Origin: Candidatus Woesearchaeota archaeon
GTDB taxonomy: Archaea; Nanobdellota; Nanobdellia; SCGC-AAA011-G17; PNOQ01
Direction: 5' to 3'
Assembly: GCA_964344555.1 (NCBI GenBank)
Contig: CAYFNK010000001.1
Coordinates: forward strand, 24,684 to 88,683
DNA length: 64,000 nt
The position numbers and the translations under genes are program-made. Positions within the stretch are counted from its first letter, which is position 1. Every line of letters begins with the position of its first letter. The notes below the pieces were generated by a model. The model was not told where the DNA came from. It saw only the letters and a program-made list of their open reading frames with translations, and did not search any database. Below are positions 53,643 to 61,054 of this stretch, piece after piece.

Positions 53643-53768
53643 ATTAAAAAAAGTTTTTAAGATCAACAATTTCTTTTTTCTTTTCTGTAGCCTCTTCCCA
53701 ACTACAGTTTTCATCTTTCATTATTTTTAGAATATGAAGTTCCTTTAACATCTAACTATTATTTTTTC

Positions 53769-53793
53769 TTGACACTTTATATATATTTGTCAA
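53769..53793. promoter_or_regulatory. TATA box bracketed by inverted TTGACA / TGTCAA
   Basis: TTGACA-CTTTATATATATT-TGTCAA. Confidence 0.35.
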
Positions 53794-53913
53794 TTTAGAT
53801 ACAATTTTTACCACATATATTTTGAATCCCGATACCACTCCTTAATTAAATTCAAAATTACACTGAAAGGATATAACAAAAAGTTATATAAAATTAAAAA
53901 AAGAAATTAGGTT

Positions 53914-54054
53914 ATGGAAAAATTAAGCCAATGTAAGTTATGCAATCAAAAAATAGCAAAAAGTTCTTGCATGTCTTGTGGAAGTAATGTTTGTGAATCT
54001 TGTTATATTAAGGAGAAAGGAATATGCACGATTTGCTATCAAGGAAGGAAATAG
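53914..54054 (+). CDS. 46-aa double zinc-finger peptide (four CxxC pairs), not in ORF track
   Basis: MEKLSQCKLCNQKIAKSSCMSCGSNVCESCYIKEKGICTICYQGRK. TATA-like AGTTATATAAAA about 25 nt upstream. Overlaps the next gene by 31 nt. Confidence 0.5.
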   Translation: MEKLSQCKLCNQKIAKSSCMSCGSNVCESCYIKEKGICTICYQGRK

Positions 54055-54563
54055 ATGAAATTCTAGAAAAAGATAGCAAAATAAAGAAAATCATAGTGGG
54101 TATCCTTTCAATATTTCTTTTAATATTAATATGTAGTTATTTTTTATTAGGATATCATTTATACACAATTATTGCAGGAAATTATGAATCTCATGCCATA
54201 GAAGGAAATAAGATATTTACTGAAGAGTACAATATAGTTTTTTTAAATGAAGAATATGAAAACTTAAAGAATAATTACCTAGAAAATGAAAATGTAGAAA
54301 TAAGTGCCTGCTTAAGGGGATACAAAGAAAAAAATTATTTTATAGAAGAAGTATATTTTCCAGATATAATCTCTCAAGATGTAAGCCATGTAACCTATAA
54401 ATCTTGCCCCGCCGGTACAATTATCTGGTTACACTCCCATCCTTACAAAAGATGTATTGCATCTAGCCAAGATATCAAAACCTTAAAAATTCAGAAAAAT
54501 AATTTTGAAGGGGCACTAATGATGATAATGTGTTCTCTAAATCAATTCAATATTTATGGGTAA
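54024..54563 (+). CDS. membrane-anchored JAMM/MPN+ metalloprotease-like protein
   Basis: TM segment IIVGILSIFLLILICSYFLLGY. The JAMM motif is complete: E (ENVEISACLRG) and HSHPYKRCIASSQD (HxH-x7-S-x2-D). Confidence 0.6.
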   Translation: MHDLLSRKEIDEILEKDSKIKKIIVGILSIFLLILICSYFLLGYHLYTIIAGNYESHAIEGNKIFTEEYNIVFLNEEYENLKNNYLENENVEISACLRGYKEKNYFIEEVYFPDIISQDVSHVTYKSCPAGTIIWLHSHPYKRCIASSQDIKTLKIQKNNFEGALMMIMCSLNQFNIYG

Positions 54564-54607
54564 ATTATATAAACCTTTAAAAAAATAAAGTTATAAGAGG
54601 TGAATAC

Positions 54608-54799
54608 ATGGCAAATAAAAAAACTAAAGAAAAAAATATGTGTCATCACCACTGCAGTAAAGGGTGGATGATAACTAAAGGAATTTTAGCTCTAGCATTA
54701 GGTATTTCACTATGGATGATGTACTTAGGACTAGAACAAGTCTTTGCAATAATATTAGTTCTAATGGGTTTAAAGAAACTATACCATAGTTGTTGTTAA
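54608..54799 (+). CDS. 63-aa two-TM peptide with terminal Cys/His clusters
   Basis: AGAGGTGA SD. N-terminal MCHHHCSKGW and C-terminal YHSCC. Confidence 0.45.
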   Translation: MANKKTKEKNMCHHHCSKGWMITKGILALALGISLWMMYLGLEQVFAIILVLMGLKKLYHSCC

Positions 54800-54857
54800 T
54801 ACAACAACTTTTTCTTTTAACCGAATAAGTTAAATAGTTATACACTTTTAAATTTAT

Positions 54858-55130
54858 ATGCCAAAAATAAGTGATAAAAAAATAAAAAAACTAAAAGAAC
54901 ACATACTATCAATATTATATGACTATCACTTTAATCCTCCTTTTACTTCAAAAATAGCGGAAGACCTAATAAGGGACGAAGAGTTCACCTTAAGATTGCT
55001 TATTGAATTAAAAAAAGAGGGATTTATTGAGGAAATAAATAAAAACACAGATGGTAAAAAATATCTTTCTAGAAAAAGATGGATATTAAATTCTAAGATT
55101 TATGACCAATATAAAGTCCTTTCTCATTAA
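54858..55130 (+). CDS. small winged-helix DNA-binding protein (90 aa)
   Basis: ILSILYDYHFNPPFTSKIAEDLIRDEEFTLRLLIELKKEGFIEE. Confidence 0.5.
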   Translation: MPKISDKKIKKLKEHILSILYDYHFNPPFTSKIAEDLIRDEEFTLRLLIELKKEGFIEEINKNTDGKKYLSRKRWILNSKIYDQYKVLSH

Positions 55131-55220
55131 TTATTCATTCACTATTCACTCATTAAACACATTCTAAACACTCAATCATTCACAATAATCTATTTATATC
55201 TAATGTTATTTCACTCACTT
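55131..55220. repeat. cluster of TCA(C/T)TCA-type short repeats flanking the TATA box of 55226..55825
   Basis: TTCATTCACTATTCACTCATT ... TCATTCAC ... TATTTATATC ... TTTCACTCACTT. The same motif recurs inside the gene at 55441-55507. Confidence 0.5.
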
Positions 55221-55225
55221 GAAAT

Positions 55226-55825
55226 ATGTTTGAAGACAAGGTAAAACAATCTTTCAATAAAGTTAAAGAAGACATTTCTAATCTAAGTGACAGAATCAGT
55301 GCAATAGAGTCCAAATTAAACCAAATTCTAGCCAAATTTGATAAAAGAGACACCAATTCTGATAAATTTGAGGGTTTTGAGCCCATTTCCTCCAAAATCC
55401 AGGTGGAAAAAGATGAAAGTTCCATAGGAAATAAAGGGGTCTATTCATTCATTCATTCAACAGACATTCATTCATTCAACAATCATTCAATAGATATTCA
55501 GTCATTAAAGAAGAATTTAGAAGAAAAAATAAATAATCTTACAAATCAAGAGTTCTTAGTTTTCTTAACTATTTACCAACTAGAAGAAGATCTTAGAAGA
55601 AATGTAACTTATGGGGACTTATCGTCGAAATTAGGTCTCTCTCCGGGATGTATCCGTAGTTATATCAGTTCAATTATACAAAAAGGCCTACCTCTCTTAA
55701 AGAAAAAGATAAATAATCGTACAATCACTCTCACTATTCATCAAGATTTCAAAGAATTAAACCTAAAAGAAAATCTCACTAACCTATATTATCATAAAGA
55801 TCAAAACCAAACACGATTATCTTAG
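55226..55825 (+). CDS. coiled-coil plus C-terminal wHTH protein (199 aa), paralog of 55875..56474
   Basis: N-terminus VKQSFNKVKEDISNLSDRISAIE, wHTH LTNQEFLVFLTIYQLEE...VTYGDLSSKLGLSPGCIRSYISSI. The linker is encoded by ATTCATTCA repeats. Confidence 0.6.
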   Translation: MFEDKVKQSFNKVKEDISNLSDRISAIESKLNQILAKFDKRDTNSDKFEGFEPISSKIQVEKDESSIGNKGVYSFIHSTDIHSFNNHSIDIQSLKKNLEEKINNLTNQEFLVFLTIYQLEEDLRRNVTYGDLSSKLGLSPGCIRSYISSIIQKGLPLLKKKINNRTITLTIHQDFKELNLKENLTNLYYHKDQNQTRLS

Positions 55826-55874
55826 AATTTACTCTCACTTTTAGCCTAAAATATGACTAAAATGGACAAAAATA

Positions 55875-56474
55875 TTACTTTTTTGTTCTCACTTTCTTAT
55901 TTTTGACCTTATATTTTCTCATTATTTTGTTTTTTACTTCCTCATCAATATAAAATCTCTTTTGACCATTGTTCTCACTTTTCTCTAAAACAAGGCTATC
56001 TGTTTTTCTTTTTATGTTACTTACCTGTCCCCTCACTGTAGATTCATCTTTACCTAAAATTCTTGCCAAATCACTATAATTTAGTTTCAAATCGGTGTTT
56101 AACAATGCCCAAACTAATGATCTTTCCATAGGCGTAAGTCTCTTCAAACTCTCTAAAACCTCTGTTTGGACAGGAACGGACGTCTGTTTTGGACGGACAT
56201 TTGTTGGTGTTTGTTTGGACAAACTCTCTGTTTGGACAAGGGCTTGATTAGTTAGTATATCTTCGATAAAACTTTCAAGGGTTTTAAGCCTAGAATCTAG
56301 AGCTTCTATTAACTCACTATGGTTTTGTTTATGATTATGCAGGGTTTCAACATGAGAACCAAGAGAAAACATATCTTCTTTTATTTTAGAAAAAGAATTT
56401 TTCAAACTGTCATTAAGATCAGATAATTTTTTGTCTACTTTTGACCCCTTTTTTTTAAAAAACCTAAAAACCAT
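55875..56474 (-). CDS. coiled-coil plus C-terminal wHTH protein (199 aa), paralog of 55226..55825
   Basis: N-terminus LKNSFSKIKEDMFSLGSHVETLH, wHTH LTPMERSLVWALLNTDLKLNYSDLARILGKDESTVRGQVSNI. The linker is encoded by four TGTTTGGAC(A) copies (56163-56238). Confidence 0.6.
   Translation of the reverse strand: MVFRFFKKKGSKVDKKLSDLNDSLKNSFSKIKEDMFSLGSHVETLHNHKQNHSELIEALDSRLKTLESFIEDILTNQALVQTESLSKQTPTNVRPKQTSVPVQTEVLESLKRLTPMERSLVWALLNTDLKLNYSDLARILGKDESTVRGQVSNIKRKTDSLVLEKSENNGQKRFYIDEEVKNKIMRKYKVKNKKVRTKK
56163..56238. repeat. four copies of TGTTTGGACA-like motif inside the linker-coding part of 55875..56474
   Basis: Copies at 56163-72, 56185-99 (variant), 56212-21 and 56229-38. The outer two share the 13-mer CTCTGTTTGGACA. 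A related ATTTGGACAAGG lies at 57114-57125. Confidence 0.5.
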
Positions 56475-56599
56475 AACATATTGTTAAAATAACTACTTAT
56501 TAAATCTTTTGCTAGATGAAAGGTCTCCAAGAGATATGAATTAAGAAAAATCAAACAAAAACTTTAAATAGGCGATAATTAAAAATAAAGACATAAGAG

Positions 56600-56806
56600 G
56601 TGTTTAATATAGCTAAAAGGAAAAGATATAATGAAGGATTCTTTGGTTGGTTTTTTAAGAGACACGATCCTTTGCAATATGTTCTTAATGTTATAGCACT
56701 AATTATAATAATTTATGGGGCATGGTTTAACGAATTATCGTGGATATGTCTAGGTTTTGTACCAATTTTAATTGGATATTGGTGGGAGTATGTTAATAAA
56801 AAATGA
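56600..56806 (+). CDS. small two-TM protein (68 aa)
   Basis: GTG start overlapping AAGAGG; start uncertain. Confidence 0.35.
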   Translation: MFNIAKRKRYNEGFFGWFFKRHDPLQYVLNVIALIIIIYGAWFNELSWICLGFVPILIGYWWEYVNKK

Positions 56807-56952
56807 AAAAGAAAGGGAAAGCATTTGATTGGTCTTGGATCAAGAAGAATTTCTGGAATGTAGTCGCTATTTTGATATTTTGGCAACTTATAGTATATGT
56901 TCTTTTGAGCATAGTTATAGCTGTTTTTGGTATTGAATTTCCAACGGCTTAA
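56803..56952 (+). CDS. 49-aa single/double-TM peptide, not in ORF track
   Basis: MKKKGKAFDWSWIKKNFWNVVAILIFWQLIVYVLLSIVIAVFGIEFPTA. ATGA overlap with the previous ORF. Confidence 0.35.
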   Translation: MKKKGKAFDWSWIKKNFWNVVAILIFWQLIVYVLLSIVIAVFGIEFPTA

Positions 56953-57171
56953 GGATAAAATATATTTTTTATTTTATTATTAGTTATTTCTTCTTGTAAA
57001 AACCTTAGATGAAGTTACAGCAAAGTGGGCAGTAAATATATTTCCTCATCGATAATAATTCTTTCCAAGGGCATCCTGGGTTTAGAGGATAGTTCAAAAA
57101 CAAAAAGAGAGCGATTTGGACAAGGCGAATACCCTATTACCAAAATTAAAAATTTTAAGCTATGATTAAAA

Positions 57172-58002
57172 CTAATCTTCTAGTTCATCAAGTACATTTT
57201 TTACTTTTTTCAATTGTTCCTTAGATACGTGAGTATATATCTGAGTAGTGGATAAATCCGAGTGTCCCAATAGTTCTTGGATTATCCTTACATCTACGCC
57301 TTTATCTAGATTATGTGTAGCAAAACTATGTCTTAATTTATGTGCGGTCACTTTCTTAGGAATTCCTGCTTTTTTTGCAGCCAAGTTTATTATTTTTTGA
57401 ATATTCCTAGTAGACAAATGTCCATTTTGTCCCCCTGGAAATAAGTATTGTTCAGTTTCAGATAGAGCTAAGATATAATTCTTTAATTCGTTACTCAGAG
57501 AAAGGGGGAAGAATATGGCCCTATCTTTGTCTCCTTTTCCACTTCTGACCCATCCAACGCCTTCTTCAAGTTCTAAATCAGATATTTTTAAGTTTACACA
57601 TTCACTTACACGTAATCCTGTAGAATAAAGTAATTTCATTATCAAAAGAGATTTTTTAGAAGAAGAGGAATCAAATAATCTTTTAATTTCTTCTTTTGTT
57701 AAGAAAACGGGAATAGATTTAGGTATTTTTGGCGTTTTTAGGTTAATTATCTTTTTATTCAAAACTTCCTCATAAAAGAATTTCAAAGAAGCTTTCTTTA
57801 CTGCAATAGATCTAGGACTTAATTGTTTGTTTGCAATAAGTTCTGCAAAGTACAATTTTATATCATCTTCCGAAGTTTCTTTAGCATCTTTGTTTAACTG
57901 ATTAAGAAATAATCTGACATTAGTAAAATAAGTATCAAGAGTTCTTTTTGAGAAACCCCTCAATTTTAACTCAATTTCAAGCTTATCTAAGTATTTTTTC
58001 AC
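57172..58002 (-). CDS. xerA: tyrosine recombinase, XerA/XerCD-like
   Basis: Catalytic set GLRVSE (R), HKLRHSFAT (HxxR), LLGHSDLSTTQIYTHV (H, Y). No ATG; the GTG at 58002, 6 nt after AGAGGTG, is preferred over the GTG at 58011. Confidence 0.8.
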   Translation of the reverse strand: MKKYLDKLEIELKLRGFSKRTLDTYFTNVRLFLNQLNKDAKETSEDDIKLYFAELIANKQLSPRSIAVKKASLKFFYEEVLNKKIINLKTPKIPKSIPVFLTKEEIKRLFDSSSSKKSLLIMKLLYSTGLRVSECVNLKISDLELEEGVGWVRSGKGDKDRAIFFPLSLSNELKNYILALSETEQYLFPGGQNGHLSTRNIQKIINLAAKKAGIPKKVTAHKLRHSFATHNLDKGVDVRIIQELLGHSDLSTTQIYTHVSKEQLKKVKNVLDELED

Positions 58003-58095
58003 CAAATACACCTCTTTTAGTCAAGTTTTGGCAAAAATACTATATAAAAGTTCCCCTAATATATGTTAGGCGAACTTTATGATAGAATGGGCAAT

Positions 58096-58341
58096 TTATG
58101 AAGAATTATCCTTATTTCTAAAAACAAATTCAACAATTAAACCAATCAAAAAGCCTAGTGTGCTCCCTATTAAAAAAGCCCAACTCATTTGAGGTATGTG
58201 AAAAATAGTTAAGGAAGTAACTACTCCTGGATCTGAAGAGATTGATTGAAGTACGTTCACAATGAAAAAGAACGCTCCAGTTCCAACTGCGCCAATTACT
58301 CCAAAATTAATTCCATTTAATACGGGTAGTTTATACTTCAT
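58096..58341 (-). CDS. small membrane protein (81 aa)
   Basis: Two to three hydrophobic helices. Confidence 0.4.
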   Translation of the reverse strand: MKYKLPVLNGINFGVIGAVGTGAFFFIVNVLQSISSDPGVVTSLTIFHIPQMSWAFLIGSTLGFLIGLIVEFVFRNKDNSS

Positions 58342-58367
58342 TTTAATAAATAAAAATTAAGAAGAGA

Positions 58368-58562
58368 TCATCTCTTCTTTTTCTTAGCAGGTTTCTTTTT
58401 CGCAGCAGGTTTTTTCTTAGCCGACTTCTTCTTGGTAGTAGCTTTCTTCTTTTTCTTACCACCTCTGGCCATTTTAGCTTCACAAACGTTTCCTTTTCCA
58501 TCCACATAGTAAAGATAACCTGTTTTTCTTTCAACGACTTTTTTAGCAATAATCTTTCCCAA
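58368..58562 (-). CDS. small lysine-rich basic protein (64 aa), probable nucleic-acid binder
   Basis: TTG start 5 nt after GGAGGTGA. GKIIAKKVVERKTGYLYYVDGKGNVCEAKMARGG followed by a 30-residue K/A/P tail resembling histone H1 tails. Confidence 0.5.
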   Translation of the reverse strand: MGKIIAKKVVERKTGYLYYVDGKGNVCEAKMARGGKKKKKATTKKKSAKKKPAAKKKPAKKKKR

Positions 58563-58683
58563 TTAGTTCACCTCCCTATTCATAAAAATAATATTCTATT
58601 TCTAGATTAACAAGTATATAAACTTTATTAATTTCTCGACGACAAAAATATTTGGAAGACCAATTTTAGTTTTTGATTAAAAC

Positions 58684-58757
58684 TTTTAAGTAATTAAAGC
58701 AATAAAAGATTTAAGTTATGCTAGAAAAATTTAAGTATAGTATAATTTAAGTATTGA
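58684..58757. repeat. four spaced copies of TTTAAGTA(T/A) upstream of the lysine-rich protein gene
   Basis: CTTTTAAGTAAT (58684), GATTTAAGTTAT (58708), AATTTAAGTATA (58728) and AATTTAAGTATT (58745). Confidence 0.4.
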
Positions 58758-58766
58758 TTAAACCTT

Positions 58767-59389
58767 TTACAAATAATTTTTAATAAATTTTGGTTTTCTT
58801 CCTTTTTTTGAATCTTGAATTACATGAAAATCAATCCTTCTATTATCAAAGGGACCGGATTTACCTTCGACAATATCCCTATAGGCCTTATTAAGTTGAT
58901 ATGCTAGGCTATCTGCGGAATTCACAACCCGATAATATTTATCTGCTTCATCTATAAATTGAATTTGAGACTTTGATAATTTTTTACCATAATTTTTAGA
59001 CAAAATTTGATGAATATCTTCTTGTACGGAAGGCAAAGGACAACCATCTATGATAACTGTGGTTTTTCGGATATCTATTTTTTCTTTATAGGAGTTAATT
59101 AACTTAGTAATTACAGGTGCTTTTACGCTGTTTACTCCAAAGGTATCTATATGTTGTTGATATAGCACTATAAATCTAAGATTATCCAAATCAGAGAGTA
59201 TGTTGTCTAAATTTATTTTTCTTTTTCTTCTTTTAATCAAAGGATTAGAAACACGCACAATATCATTTAAATCAGTAGAAAGAGCAGAACATAAATTTCA
59301 GGAACTCTTCCATGGTTGGATTCATCAATACCTATACAATATGTCTCTTTATTAGATATAGTATCACCTATTAAAAAAGTATAGAGATA
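58767..59389 (-). pseudogene. disrupted RNase-H-fold gene (RNase HII- or DUF3800-like)
   Basis: The main frame (58767-59258) has no ATG. An upstream open frame (59270-59389), shifted by one base, encodes ...ETYCIGIDESNHGRVPEIYV and also lacks a start. Downstream motifs TVIIDG and IDEADKYYRVVNSADSLAY. Confidence 0.4.
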
Positions 59390-59413
59390 TTATTTAAACA
59401 TTTATATTAGAGA

Positions 59414-60121
59414 TTACCCCATATAGCTTAATTCTTGTTTCTCTTTTGTTTTTTTAAATTTTTGAGAACTCTTTAAGATATTTTTTATTTTTCCTTCAAA
59501 AAGTTCTGCTTTTTTGATTAAAGGACTATAATCCACATCTAATCCAAGATATTTATCTAGAACTTCTATGATTTTGGCTGCAGCCCTACTATCTGGTAAT
59601 CCAGTAGAAGCCTCAACAAAAACACAAGATACTGGAGCAGATTTCATTTTTAATAGAAGACTAGCAGTAACTCCAATAACTATTCCTTCGTTTAAAGATT
59701 CCACTCCAGTATTTTCCCACTTTTTTTTATTTTTGGAAGAATAAAAATATGCACCAGCAGACTTTCCAGCCTTTCCAAGTGCACCAACTCCTTCAAGACT
59801 TATCACCTCTTTTGCCCTAAGTTTTTTAGCCAAACCGTCGATAACTTCTGCAAGCTTCCATTCTAAACCATTGACATTAGTTAATGCATGAAGAATTACC
59901 AAGTTATTTTTTTTGTTATAAAAAATTCCCAAAGGATCAATAACTTTCTTATCATGAACAGCTACCATTGGATTCATTTCACTAAACCAGATATAGCCAA
60001 TTTTCTTAACCTCTAAATGATCTAATAGAAATTCCGTAGATATTGTACCGACTAGACCAAATCCAGGAAAACCCTCGATAATGGTAACTCCTTGGGGTTT
60101 TTCAGTCAACTCTATTTTCAT
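59414..60121 (-). CDS. PAC2-family proteasome assembly chaperone-like protein
   Basis: GVTIIEGFPGFGLVGTISTEFL, 235 aa. Confidence 0.7.
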   Translation of the reverse strand: MKIELTEKPQGVTIIEGFPGFGLVGTISTEFLLDHLEVKKIGYIWFSEMNPMVAVHDKKVIDPLGIFYNKKNNLVILHALTNVNGLEWKLAEVIDGLAKKLRAKEVISLEGVGALGKAGKSAGAYFYSSKNKKKWENTGVESLNEGIVIGVTASLLLKMKSAPVSCVFVEASTGLPDSRAAAKIIEVLDKYLGLDVDYSPLIKKAELFEGKIKNILKSSQKFKKTKEKQELSYMG

Positions 60122-60199
60122 AAATCAAAACTTTTTTTTCCATTTAAATAAATTTCTATTCAGTAAACTATTTAAACTAAAAATTGAAAAAGTAAGAGT

Positions 60200-60937
60200 A
60201 TGGTTGATCTCAAGTTAGTAAGTTACATAAAAGAGAATAAAAAAAGAGGATATTCTAGAGAAGAATTAATAAACATCTTGAGAGACAACGGATGGACAAA
60301 AGAAGAAATTAACTCCGCATGGAGATTCATAGAAAAGAATAAAGATTCTCCAAAAAAAGAAATTAAAAAAAATGAAAAAACAAAAAACCCACTTTCTGAT
60401 TTTATAAATCAATCCTTAGAAAAAGGAATAAGCGAGGGAGAGATAAGGTTAGCATTATCTTCAAAAGGCTGGAGTCCAGAATTAATTGACAAATCTTTTA
60501 GAAAAGCAAAATTCCCAATAATAAAACAAATAAGAGAAGAAAAACCACAACAACCACCAAAACAAAAAGGTGATATAAAAAAAATATTCAAGTATATTTT
60601 AGCACTTGTATTTATGTCCTCTCTTTTAGTTGGCACTTCAGGAGTGTATCTCTATATACAAGGAATGAGCTCATATGTTATAGTTACAACTACAGGGGAA
60701 GAATTGAGTGGAACATGTTTGGAAAAATCTTGTTCGGATCTAAAGGAGTACGCGTTCACCCATGTTTTCGATAATATTTTAGAATACATAATAGCAAGTT
60801 TGATCATAGCCCTAGTCTTGTTATTATTGTATGGATTTTTACCTTACAAACACGAGGTTATATGGACATATAACATAATATACTTCTTGATATTAGTATT
60901 CATTGTCTTCAAATGGATTATGTTTCAGAGAACCTAA
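60200..60937 (+). CDS. membrane protein with two N-terminal short helical repeats
   Basis: Repeats KRGYSREELINILRDNGWTKEEINSAWR and EKGISEGEIRLALSSKGWSPELIDKSFR, followed by three to four TM segments. Confidence 0.45.
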   Translation: MVDLKLVSYIKENKKRGYSREELINILRDNGWTKEEINSAWRFIEKNKDSPKKEIKKNEKTKNPLSDFINQSLEKGISEGEIRLALSSKGWSPELIDKSFRKAKFPIIKQIREEKPQQPPKQKGDIKKIFKYILALVFMSSLLVGTSGVYLYIQGMSSYVIVTTTGEELSGTCLEKSCSDLKEYAFTHVFDNILEYIIASLIIALVLLLLYGFLPYKHEVIWTYNIIYFLILVFIVFKWIMFQRT

Positions 60938-60978
60938 TCAAAACATTTTTATAAGCAATATTTCTGCAACAAATTAAC

Positions 60979-61053
60979 GGGTCCGTAGCTCAGTTTGGTC
61001 AGAGCACTTGGCTCTTAACCAAGGGGTCGTGGGTTCAAATCCCATCGGGCCCA
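60979..61053 (+). tRNA. tRNA-Lys (anticodon CUU)
   Basis: Manual cloverleaf. Acceptor GGGTCCG/CGGGCCC, D stem GCTC/GAGC, anticodon stem CTTGG/CCAAG with loop CTCTTAA, T arm GTGGG-TTCAAAT-CCCAT. Confidence 0.85.
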
Positions 61054-61054
61054 C

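Noticed and set aside
53650-53757. 35-aa minus-strand ORF (MLKELHILKIMKDENCSWEEATEKKKEIVDLKNFF) with an internal CTGTAG...CTACAG stem
   Set aside because: No SD or TATA support and no recognisable motif. It is too short to distinguish from chance in this composition.
56953-57171. 219-bp intergenic region examined for a tRNA fragment/att site or small RNA
   Set aside because: CCTGGGTTTAGAGG does not reproduce either tRNA T-arm (GGGTTCAAATCCC). Only sub-20-codon ORFs are present, and no convincing stem-loops. Only the ATTTGGACAAGG word, related to the 56.2-kb repeats, was retained.
57172-58011. Tyrosine recombinase as proof of a mobile element
   Set aside because: Its size (about 277 aa) and motif set are those of chromosomal XerA, present in most archaea. 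By itself it does not establish an integrated element, so the island idea is kept only as a hypothesis.
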